Positions 8,535 to 19,836 of a stretch of 24,000 bases of DNA are shown here, piece after piece. The stretch is from an uncultured Streptobacillus sp. GTDB lineage: Bacteria > Fusobacteriota > Fusobacteriia > Fusobacteriales > Leptotrichiaceae. The translations under genes and the position numbers were made by a program. The stretch's first letter is position 1. The number at the start of each line of letters is the position of its first letter. The DNA is taken from contig CAUTJT010000002.1 in the NCBI GenBank assembly GCA_963539215.1, positions 175,087 through 199,086 on the forward strand. The letters are read 5' to 3'. The notes under the pieces were generated by a model. The model made no database searches. It was given only the letters and a program-made list of their open reading frames with translations, and was not told where the DNA came from.

Positions 8535-9179
8535 TTATAAAAATTTTAATAATTCTTCTATTTTTTCTATATTATACTTAGGAATTTGTAATATATTTTC
8601 TGCTTTACCTCTTAAATTATATCCAACTGTTATAGTTCCTAATACATTACCAGCCTCTATACCTACTCTTGCATCTTCAACTATTATACAACTATGTGCT
8701 TCTTGTTTTATCATTTCTATAGATTTTTTATAAATTTCAGGGTTAGGTTTACTATTCTCTATTTGATTCCCGTCAATTATAGCATCAAAAAGATTTATTA
8801 TTCCTAACTTTTCAAGTATAATCTTAGCATTTTTACTAGATGAGCCTATAGCTATCTTAATCCCTTTTTCTTTTAATTTTTTCAATGTATATACTACATT
8901 TTCATCTAAATCTTTTTCAGTCATTTCATTTAATAATTCAAGATAATATTCATTCTTTTCTTTAAGAATTTTTTGTATTTCTTGTTCATCCATCTTCTTT
9001 TTATTAACTTTAAGGATTACTTCTAAACTATCTCTTCTACTTATACCTCTAAGATTATGATTTATTTCTTCATCAAAATATAATTTTAGTTTTTTAGAAA
9101 TTTTATTCCAAGCTTTAAAGTGATAGACATCTGTATGACATATTACTCCATCTAAATCAAATATAACTCCTTTAATCAC
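8535..9179 (-). CDS. pgmB: Beta-phosphoglucomutase (HAD superfamily)
   Basis: 214 aa: KGVIFDLDGVICHTDVYHFKAWNKISKK, LRGISRRDSL, AIGSSSKNAKIIL, SKPNPEIY, IVEDARVGIEAG. Located with a GH65 phosphorylase. Confidence 0.9.
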   Translation of the reverse strand: MIKGVIFDLDGVICHTDVYHFKAWNKISKKLKLYFDEEINHNLRGISRRDSLEVILKVNKKKMDEQEIQKILKEKNEYYLELLNEMTEKDLDENVVYTLKKLKEKGIKIAIGSSSKNAKIILEKLGIINLFDAIIDGNQIENSKPNPEIYKKSIEMIKQEAHSCIIVEDARVGIEAGNVLGTITVGYNLRGKAENILQIPKYNIEKIEELLKFL

Positions 9180-10038
9180 TTTTTTCTTCCTTTCTTACTA
9201 TCATAATAGAAGAATATGTTATTAACATTCCTCCTATGATAATATTTAAAGTTAATTTATCTATTCCCAAAATTATGGAAAAAACAGTTGCAAATAAACA
9301 CTCTAATGATAATATAGTTCCAGTGCTTATTGAATCTATATATTTTTGAGCATATGTTTGCAATAAATAACAAAGACATGTACTAAATGCTCCTAAATAC
9401 ACTATACTTAGTATACCTCTATCAAAATTAATAATTATTTTTTCGTTAAATATTAATAATATCGTAGATATCATACCTGCAATAAATAATTGTACAAAAT
9501 TAACTTTTATAGGATCTAAATTTTTTAAATTTAAATCCAAATATACAACTTGTAATGCAAAAAATATTGCAGATATCAACGTCAATAAATCTCCTATTCT
9601 AAATTCAAATTTTTTACCGTTAAGATTCAATATAAATACTCCTATAATCATTACTAAAGTTAATAAAAAAACGTAATTTTTAGGTTTCTTTTTACTTATT
9701 TCCCATAGTATAAATGGTATCATAACAATATTTGTAGCTGTAAAAAATGCAACATTAGAAACATTCGTGTATTTTTGTCCTAAAGTTTGGAAATAAAAAG
9801 CCAAAAATATAAAAATACCTGAAAAAAATCCAGTTTTAAATTCAGATTTACTCAGTCTTTTAAGTTTTGTATTAAATATCAATAAATTTAATAAAGTTGC
9901 AACTATAAATCTAAAAGACATAATATTTAATGTACTATATCCTCCATCAATAGCATATTCAACTGCTATGAATCCACTCCCCCAAATAATAACCACTATC
10001 AACAATAATATTTTTGGATTAAATAACGCCTTTTTCAT
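9172..10038 (-). CDS. EamA/DMT-family transporter
   Basis: 288 aa, about 10 hydrophobic segments, N-terminal IIWGSGFIAVEYAI and C-terminal SILSLECLFATVFSIILG-type EamA repeats. Overlaps both neighbours by several nt. Confidence 0.85.
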   Translation of the reverse strand: MKKALFNPKILLLIVVIIWGSGFIAVEYAIDGGYSTLNIMSFRFIVATLLNLLIFNTKLKRLSKSEFKTGFFSGIFIFLAFYFQTLGQKYTNVSNVAFFTATNIVMIPFILWEISKKKPKNYVFLLTLVMIIGVFILNLNGKKFEFRIGDLLTLISAIFFALQVVYLDLNLKNLDPIKVNFVQLFIAGMISTILLIFNEKIIINFDRGILSIVYLGAFSTCLCYLLQTYAQKYIDSISTGTILSLECLFATVFSIILGIDKLTLNIIIGGMLITYSSIMIVRKEEKSD

Positions 10039-12229
10039 AAATTTCTACTTTCTCTTTATCAATTTTTATATTATATATCTTTTTATTATTAACTAAACTA
10101 AATTTAAGTAAATCTAATTCTTTAGGAAGTTTAGGATTAACTTTTATTTCTCCATTTTCAATTTTAAGACCCGCAAATCCATAAATTATAGTTTGCCATG
10201 TTCCTCCGCTTGATGCAGCATGCATTCCTTCTTTAAGATTTCCTTGATTATTATCATAATCAACAAATAATGAACGTTTAAAATATTCATAACCTTTTTC
10301 AACTTTACCTTGTCTTATTCCAACTATACTATATACACTAGGACTAAGAGAAGATCTATGTAATGTTCTTTTTTCATAATAATCAAAATTAATATTTTTA
10401 ACTTTTTCACTAAATTTATTAGGAAATAAGAATATAGCCATTATTACATCCGCCTGTTTAAGTATTGTGGTTCTATCTCTTTGTACATTCTTAAGTTCAA
10501 TAGGTAGAAGCGGCATATTATTAACATCATAATCTACTATAGGTACATCAATCAAATTAAAATATCCTTCAAATTGTTCTATTATTCCCTCCATATTAGG
10601 TATATATATTTTTTCTATTATTCCATTTATTTGATCAACTAATCCTTTTTCTTCAAATAATATTTCCTTAGCTAATTCTAAATGCCATTTAACTAAAAAA
10701 TTAGTATAAAAATTATTTTTAATATCTTCATGCCATTCATCAGGACCAGTAACATTGGTTAATTCATAAATATCTTTAGACCTATTATATTCCAGTCTCG
10801 ACAACCAATATATCGATGTTTCATAAAGAATTTCTTTGAATTTTTCAAAATATTCTTCATCACCTGTATGTAAATAATAATTATAACCACCATATATTAT
10901 ATCTGATGTAACATGTATCTCTTGTTTTGCAACAGTACACTCGTAACATGACCCATCATATTCTATGGTCCAATCTGGACATTCCTCATCTCCTGTATCT
11001 GCTGATTCCCAAGGAAATCTTGCACCTAAATACCCAAACTTTTTAGCATTTCTCTTTGCACCATCTAACATTTCATATCTATACTCAACTAAATTTTTAG
11101 CTATTTCTGGAAAAATAGTTATAAAGAAAGGAAGAGTAAATAATTCAGTATCCCAAAAAGCATGCCCTCCATATTCTTCTCCATGTAATAATTTAGCACC
11201 AATATTCGTCTTATTACTATTCGGATCTGGTGTACTCATAAGATGAAAAATATTAAATCTAAGCGCATTTTGAACTTTTTCATCTCCTTTTATTTCTATA
11301 TCTGCTCTTTCCCACATATTTAGATATATTTCTTTATGAAGTTTAAACTCTTCTTCAAATCCTCTACTCATCAAATCAGATAATTCTTTTTCAGATTGTT
11401 TTAATATTTTATTACTATCATTACCATTCTTAACACTTACATATTTTTCTATAATATATGTATTATTTTCAGTTACATTAACATCAAAAAATTCTACAGC
11501 ATATTCACCATATGATTTATTTACATATTTTGTTTCTAATAATTCTCCATTTTCATACAAAACATTAATTTTAGAACTAGTTACTATATTTAATCCAAAA
11601 TCATTCGTACTAGTTTTAACGTATATACCACCATTAGTTGATAAATTTTCTATTTCTTTAACTTTATAGTGTTTTACTCTAAATCTAGGTACATCTATAA
11701 AATTAGTTATAGAAGCATCTATAATATTTTCAAATTCTAAATTTCCACTATAATTAAGAGGTTTTATATATACTCTAAAAATCCCACTCTCTGGTGTATT
11801 TCTACTAAGCATGTGTATACTTTCTATAAGTGTTTCATCTCCTTTACTAGATACATTAATATATCTTTTGACCACTATACCATTTTTCATATCAAGAACC
11901 CTAACATATCCTTTAATATATTTAGTTATCTCAGGTCCCATAGGTTCAGTATCTTTATATATATTAAGTAAATTCCAATTAGGTAAATTAACCAATTCTC
12001 TCTGTAACGCGTTATTTCTATCAAATACACCATGCATATAATTAGCAGGGAGAGATTTTTGTATAAATCCTTCAAAATGCGAACCCCTAAGTCCAAGTCT
12101 TCCACTTGCTAAAGTAAATCTTGTTTCATTATTTATTACTTCATTTTTATTATAGTCATTTTCTATATACAACCACTCATCATCTGATATATATTTACTA
12201 ATTGCATCAGAAAAAATATTTCTTATCAT
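10019..12229 (-). CDS. Glycoside hydrolase family 65 phosphorylase (disaccharide phosphorylase, substrate uncertain)
   Basis: 736 aa with GH65 motifs: GLRGSHFEGF, GGHAFWDTELFTLPFF, GARFPWESADTGDEECPDW, TGPDEWHEDIKNNFYTNFLVKWHL, EGMHAASSGGTWQTIIYGFAGL. The adjacent beta-PGM supports phosphorolysis to beta-glucose-1-phosphate. Confidence 0.92.
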   Translation of the reverse strand: MIRNIFSDAISKYISDDEWLYIENDYNKNEVINNETRFTLASGRLGLRGSHFEGFIQKSLPANYMHGVFDRNNALQRELVNLPNWNLLNIYKDTEPMGPEITKYIKGYVRVLDMKNGIVVKRYINVSSKGDETLIESIHMLSRNTPESGIFRVYIKPLNYSGNLEFENIIDASITNFIDVPRFRVKHYKVKEIENLSTNGGIYVKTSTNDFGLNIVTSSKINVLYENGELLETKYVNKSYGEYAVEFFDVNVTENNTYIIEKYVSVKNGNDSNKILKQSEKELSDLMSRGFEEEFKLHKEIYLNMWERADIEIKGDEKVQNALRFNIFHLMSTPDPNSNKTNIGAKLLHGEEYGGHAFWDTELFTLPFFITIFPEIAKNLVEYRYEMLDGAKRNAKKFGYLGARFPWESADTGDEECPDWTIEYDGSCYECTVAKQEIHVTSDIIYGGYNYYLHTGDEEYFEKFKEILYETSIYWLSRLEYNRSKDIYELTNVTGPDEWHEDIKNNFYTNFLVKWHLELAKEILFEEKGLVDQINGIIEKIYIPNMEGIIEQFEGYFNLIDVPIVDYDVNNMPLLPIELKNVQRDRTTILKQADVIMAIFLFPNKFSEKVKNINFDYYEKRTLHRSSLSPSVYSIVGIRQGKVEKGYEYFKRSLFVDYDNNQGNLKEGMHAASSGGTWQTIIYGFAGLKIENGEIKVNPKLPKELDLLKFSLVNNKKIYNIKIDKEKVEIYEKGVI

Positions 12230-13053
12230 TATCCTTTTACACCTCCGCTTATTCCATCAATAATATCCTTTTGTGCAAAGAAAAAAACAATTATTGGTGG
12301 TATACACATCAGCAAGCTAATACACATAGTTGGAACGATAGCATCACTATGCACCCCCTTAAATGAAGCAAGTCCTAAAGCCAAAGTATACTTATCTTGA
12401 CTATTAATAAAAACTAAAGGTCCTAAATAATCATTCCAAACAACTATCATATTAAGAACTGCTACCAAGATCACACTGGGTTTCATCATAGGTAAATATA
12501 TTTTACTATATATTTGAAATTCATTTGCTCCATCAATCTTAGCTGCTTCTGCAAAATCTTTAGGAACTGTTTCCAAAAATTGCTTCAATAGATAAATATA
12601 ATACGCTGATCCGAATAAAGCTGGAATTATTAAAGGTTTTAATGTATCTATCCAACCAAATAAATTAAATTGCATATATTGTGGAATAACAGTTACATCC
12701 CAAGGTAACATCATAGTAGCAAGCATAATACTAAATAATAACTTATCATATTTAAATTTAAATCTTGCAAAACCATATGCAACTAAAGTTCCTGATATAA
12801 CTTGCCCTATAGTAGTTAAAACCGTAACTATCATTGAATTTATTGCAAATTTATAAAAAGGCTGCATATGCCATGCTTTTATAAAATTATAATATCCAAA
12901 TTTTTCAGGTAAAAATTTTGGAGGATAACTAAATACTTCTGTTTCACTCTTAAGAGCACTTAATATCATCCAAATAAACGGGAATAGAAAGTATATCCCA
13001 ATAATTATACAAAATACATATATTATTATAGTCCATTTTTTATCCAATCTCAT
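12229..13053 (-). CDS. CUT1-type sugar ABC transporter permease (MalG-like)
   Basis: 274 aa. EAA-type loop EAAKIDGANEFQIYSKIYLPMMKPSVILVAV. The stop codon overlaps the GH65 start (TAATG). Confidence 0.93.
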   Translation of the reverse strand: MRLDKKWTIIIYVFCIIIGIYFLFPFIWMILSALKSETEVFSYPPKFLPEKFGYYNFIKAWHMQPFYKFAINSMIVTVLTTIGQVISGTLVAYGFARFKFKYDKLLFSIMLATMMLPWDVTVIPQYMQFNLFGWIDTLKPLIIPALFGSAYYIYLLKQFLETVPKDFAEAAKIDGANEFQIYSKIYLPMMKPSVILVAVLNMIVVWNDYLGPLVFINSQDKYTLALGLASFKGVHSDAIVPTMCISLLMCIPPIIVFFFAQKDIIDGISGGVKG

Positions 13054-13064
13054 ACTTCACACCT

Positions 13065-13949
13065 CTAATCCTTATTATCAGAATAATTAAATACCCATTT
13101 CTTTGATGTTTTAAACATAATACCAGTAATCATTAATATTAAAACAAACATTATCCATGCACTAGCTGAAGCATAACCTAATCTAGATTTTTTAAATGCA
13201 TTGTTATAAACAAAAAGTCCATACATATATGTAGAATTTAACGGCCCACCATTAGTTAATAACAATACTAAAGCTAAATTTTGCAATGCACCTATTATCG
13301 CTGTAACTGTATTAAATAATAAAGTTGGAGTTATTAATGGTAATGTTATTTTAAAAAATGTATTTATAGGCCCTGATCCATCTATTATAGAGGCTTCGTA
13401 TATATCTACTGATATACCTTTAAGTGCTGTATAGAATACTAACATCATTGTACCAACTGTCCACCCCGATACTATCACTAATGCAATAAGAGCCCATAAT
13501 TCACTATTTAACCAATCTGGTCCCAATACATCAAACACACTCAATCCATAATTTAATATTCCAAATTCTGTATTTAAAATCCAACCCCATATTATTGATA
13601 CTGCAACACTTGAAACTACAGTTGGTAAATAGAATATAACTCTAAATACTGATATAAATTTTAAATTTTTTGATATTAATACCGCTAAAATTAAAGCGAT
13701 AATTATGTTAAAAGGAACAAAGAATAAGGTAAATTTAAAAGTTATATATAATGACTTATAGAACTGATCATCTTTTGTAAATAGTTCAACATAATTCCCT
13801 ATACCAACAAATACTCTCTCCCCTATAACTGGCCAATCATAAAAACTCATAATAAAAGACATAACTAAGGGCCCTAGAATAAATAAAATCATTCCAATAA
13901 ACCATGGTGCTATAAACAAATAAGGTATAACTTTTTCTTTTTTCTTCAT
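13065..13949 (-). CDS. CUT1-type sugar ABC transporter permease (MalF-like)
   Basis: 294 aa. IPYLFIAPWFIGMILFILGP N-terminus and EAA loop YEASIIDGSGPINTFFKITLPLITPTLLF. Confidence 0.93.
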   Translation of the reverse strand: MKKKEKVIPYLFIAPWFIGMILFILGPLVMSFIMSFYDWPVIGERVFVGIGNYVELFTKDDQFYKSLYITFKFTLFFVPFNIIIALILAVLISKNLKFISVFRVIFYLPTVVSSVAVSIIWGWILNTEFGILNYGLSVFDVLGPDWLNSELWALIALVIVSGWTVGTMMLVFYTALKGISVDIYEASIIDGSGPINTFFKITLPLITPTLLFNTVTAIIGALQNLALVLLLTNGGPLNSTYMYGLFVYNNAFKKSRLGYASASAWIMFVLILMITGIMFKTSKKWVFNYSDNKD

Positions 13950-13970
13950 AATTATCGCCTCCTATTACAT

Positions 13971-15191
13971 TTACTTAGCTGCCTCACTTAAGGCTTTTTC
14001 TGGATCTTCTAAAGTATTTTTATTAAACATTTTTTCTAAAGCTAATTCTAATTTTTCTGATAAACTTGACCAATCTTTAACTATAAATGAAGCTGGCATA
14101 TGTGATTGACTTCTTTCTAACATAGTATAAAATTTACCGTTAATCTCATCTTCATTTAATTTCAAATCTTTAACAACACTTTTAAGAACAGGAAATTCGT
14201 ATCCTAATCTATTTTTATTCATTTCACTACTAGTCCAAAATTTAGCAAATTCCCATGCAGCATCTACATTTTTAGTTGTTGCAGATATTGCTACCCCAGA
14301 AGAACTTATTATACTTTCAGATTTATTATCTCCATAATTAGGTAATAATTGTATACCAAAATTCACACCTTTTTCCTTTAACTTATTGATAGACCAAGAA
14401 CCGTTAATATACATACCAACTTTACCTAATATGAAACTTTTTTCCCCATAATCCTCAGTTGTTGTTGCAATACCCGCTTTAATCATATTTTGAAAAACTC
14501 TAAATGCTTCAATTGTTTCTTTACTATCTAAGAACCCTTGAACATTACCATCTTTATCAGTATACGCTTTTTTATTAGACCAAGCAAACATTTCATAATC
14601 ATAAGGATCTGGTTTTAAAGGAAAAGCAATACCAAATATTTTAGAATCAGAATTTGTAATTTTTTCTGCCGCTTTATATACATCTTGCCAAGTCCAATTT
14701 TCAGTAGGATATTCCAATCCGTTTTTATCAAATAAATCTTTATTAAAATATAAAACATGTGTAGTATATCCAACTGGAAGACCTAATTTTTTACCACCAT
14801 ATGAATTATAATTCCATAAAGCTTCATAAAAATCTTTTTCATATGCTTCGCCTTCTTTTTTAATTAAATCATCAAGAGGCATTAACCCTTTACTATATTT
14901 AGGATAATTCCACATATACATAACATCCGGAGCATCTCCACTTCCCATAGCTGCTGTGATTTTAGTGTCATAATTAGAACCATATGCTTCAAGAGTAACT
15001 TCTATTTTATCTTGACTATTATTAAATTCATCAACAATTTTCTGTTGTTTTTCTAAATCTTCAGCATTATCCCAAGTTGCAAATCTAATCTTAGTTTTAC
15101 CTTCTATAGTCTCCTTTCCAGTATTTTCAAAACAAGAAAATGTACATAATAATGTTAATAACAACATTATTCTTAAAAAAAATTTTTTCAT
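13971..15191 (-). CDS. Extracellular sugar-binding lipoprotein (ABC solute-binding protein family 1)
   Basis: Lipoprotein signal MKKFFLRIMLLLTLLCTFSC; TKIRFATWDNAEDLEKQQKIVDEFN; GDAPDVMYMWN. ATG at 15191 follows AAAGGTGG; the ORF track starts at 15200. Confidence 0.93.
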   Translation of the reverse strand: MKKFFLRIMLLLTLLCTFSCFENTGKETIEGKTKIRFATWDNAEDLEKQQKIVDEFNNSQDKIEVTLEAYGSNYDTKITAAMGSGDAPDVMYMWNYPKYSKGLMPLDDLIKKEGEAYEKDFYEALWNYNSYGGKKLGLPVGYTTHVLYFNKDLFDKNGLEYPTENWTWQDVYKAAEKITNSDSKIFGIAFPLKPDPYDYEMFAWSNKKAYTDKDGNVQGFLDSKETIEAFRVFQNMIKAGIATTTEDYGEKSFILGKVGMYINGSWSINKLKEKGVNFGIQLLPNYGDNKSESIISSSGVAISATTKNVDAAWEFAKFWTSSEMNKNRLGYEFPVLKSVVKDLKLNEDEINGKFYTMLERSQSHMPASFIVKDWSSLSEKLELALEKMFNKNTLEDPEKALSEAAK

Positions 15192-15206
15192 ATTATCCAC
15201 CTTTCA

Positions 15207-15644
15207 TCAATAATTTTCTATTGTAAATTTTATAATTAATTTTTCTACTTCTTTATTTAAAAATCTAAACGCTTCATCATTACTAATTATTATTATATTA
15301 CCTTTTTTTAAATTATACACATTCCCTTTTCCTTTATAAAGTTCTATATCTTTTATATCATCATAATCAGTAACGATTATCAAATCTTTTTTATTCGCTA
15401 TCTCTATATAAGTCTCACCATCTAATATATATTGAATATCAAAATATCTTTTATGTCCTTCAAATTCTTTCTCATCATATATTGTATTATTTTTAGTTCT
15501 TCTAAAAACTAATTTATCAGATATACTTTGATAAATATCCATATTTATTTTATGAATATTATCAATAGATTCTAATACAGGTTTATAATTTTCATTAAAA
15601 AAGAAATTATTTCTAAACTCCTCTACATTATTAAATATATACAT
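15207..15644 (-). CDS. YhcH/YjgK/YiaL family protein (EbgC-like beta-galactosidase accessory subunit)
   Basis: 145 aa with family pattern EGHKRYFDIQYILDGETYIEIA ... FRFLNKEVEKLIIKFTI. Directly downstream of the GH2 gene, as in ebgAC arrangements. Confidence 0.82.
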   Translation of the reverse strand: MYIFNNVEEFRNNFFFNENYKPVLESIDNIHKINMDIYQSISDKLVFRRTKNNTIYDEKEFEGHKRYFDIQYILDGETYIEIANKKDLIIVTDYDDIKDIELYKGKGNVYNLKKGNIIIISNDEAFRFLNKEVEKLIIKFTIENY

Positions 15645-15656
15645 TTTTTCTCCTTT

Positions 15657-18710
<3,054 letters not shown>

Positions 18711-18724
18711 TAATAATAAAATAT

Positions 18725-18744
18725 TTTAGTAAAATTTTACTAAA
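18725..18744. promoter_or_regulatory. Perfect 20-bp palindromic operator candidate
   Basis: TTTAGTAAAATTTTACTAAA is its own reverse complement and sits between divergent operon and lacI-type regulator promoters. Confidence 0.7.
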
Positions 18745-18746
18745 TT

Positions 18747-18774
18747 TTGTTTTTTTTACTTTTCAGTTTATACT
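18747..18774 (+). promoter_or_regulatory. Candidate promoter of the divergent LacI-type regulator
   Basis: TTGTTT - 16 nt - TATACT, immediately beside the palindrome. The spacer contains part of an 8-T run. Confidence 0.4.
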
Positions 18775-18797
18775 TATATAAAAGGAGAAGTATTATT

Positions 18798-19745
18798 ATG
18801 AAATTAATAAAAATGTCAGAAAAATTAGGTATTTCTATAACAACTATATCAAGAGTTCTAACAAATGATCCCAATATAAAAGTTAAGGAAAGTACTAAAA
18901 ATAAAATAATTGAATTTGCATTAGAAAATGGTTATGAATTTAAAAATAAGGAAAACAAAAAAGAAGTTTTGATTATTACATCATATAACAAAGAAACAGA
19001 ACTAGAAGATCCCTACTATAAGGAATTAAGGATTCTTTTGGAAAAAGAACTCATAAAAAATAATTTTAAATATAAGAACATAGAATATAATAATAAAATT
19101 AAATTTAATAAATACAATATACTGATAGGTCATTTTAATAAAAATCAATTAAAAGATATCAGCAATAATAATAAAATTAATATTTTATGTGATTCATATA
19201 CTAGTGAAGAAAATATAGACTGTATATCTTTCGACTACAAACACTCTGTATATAATGTTCTAAATGTTTTTATAAAAAGAGGACACAATAAAATAGCTTT
19301 TATCGGAGGCCGTGATTCATATGGAAGTATTGATTTTAGAGAAAAATATTATAAAAACTATATGATAAAAAATAATAAATATAATGATAAATATATATAT
19401 GTTGATAAATTTAATTCGGCGACAGGATATAAAGGGATTAAAGAAATATATAAAAACAATAATCCAACAGCAATTTTTGTTGCAAATGATACTATAGCTA
19501 TAGGTTGTTATAAAGCTCTAAATGAAATTGGTAAAATAATAGGAAAAGATGTTTCTATAATAGGATTTAACAATTCAGATTTTGTAGAATTTATGACGCC
19601 TCAATTATCTTCTGTACAACTTTTTATAAATAATATAGTTAAAGAAACTATAGCACTTTTAATAGAGCACATAACCTTAAAAAGAAAATACTCTAAAAAA
19701 GTTACACTATCTACAAAATTAGTAAAAAGAGAAAGCTTATTTTAA
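18798..19745 (+). CDS. LacI/GalR-family transcriptional regulator (EbgR/GalR-like)
   Basis: HTH MKLIKMSEKLGISITTISRVLTNDPNIKVKESTKNKI plus effector domain (NKIAFIGGRDSYGSIDFREKYY, PTAIFVANDTIAIGCYKALNEIG, VSIIGFNNSDFVEFMTPQLSSVQ). AAAGGAG precedes ATG at 18798; the ORF track starts at 18747. Confidence 0.9.
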   Translation: MKLIKMSEKLGISITTISRVLTNDPNIKVKESTKNKIIEFALENGYEFKNKENKKEVLIITSYNKETELEDPYYKELRILLEKELIKNNFKYKNIEYNNKIKFNKYNILIGHFNKNQLKDISNNNKINILCDSYTSEENIDCISFDYKHSVYNVLNVFIKRGHNKIAFIGGRDSYGSIDFREKYYKNYMIKNNKYNDKYIYVDKFNSATGYKGIKEIYKNNNPTAIFVANDTIAIGCYKALNEIGKIIGKDVSIIGFNNSDFVEFMTPQLSSVQLFINNIVKETIALLIEHITLKRKYSKKVTLSTKLVKRESLF

Positions 19746-19755
19746 ATATATAAAG

Positions 19756-19813
19756 AGAACATGTACCAACAAACTATTTTTATTTTTCCATTCAGTTTGT
19801 AGGTACATGTTCT
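19756..19813. repeat. Long near-perfect inverted repeat between convergent genes
   Basis: AGAACATGTACCAACAAACT (19756-19775) / AGTTTGTAGGTACATGTTCT (19794-19813): 20-bp arms, one mismatch, 18-nt T-rich loop. Confidence 0.8.
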
Positions 19814-19836
19814 ATAATATGACATTAACAAAAATA

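Noticed and set aside
9172-12229. Short gene overlaps as evidence of programmed frameshifting
   Set aside because: The 8, 20 and 1 nt overlaps are ordinary translational coupling in a compact operon; no slippery site plus structure was identified.
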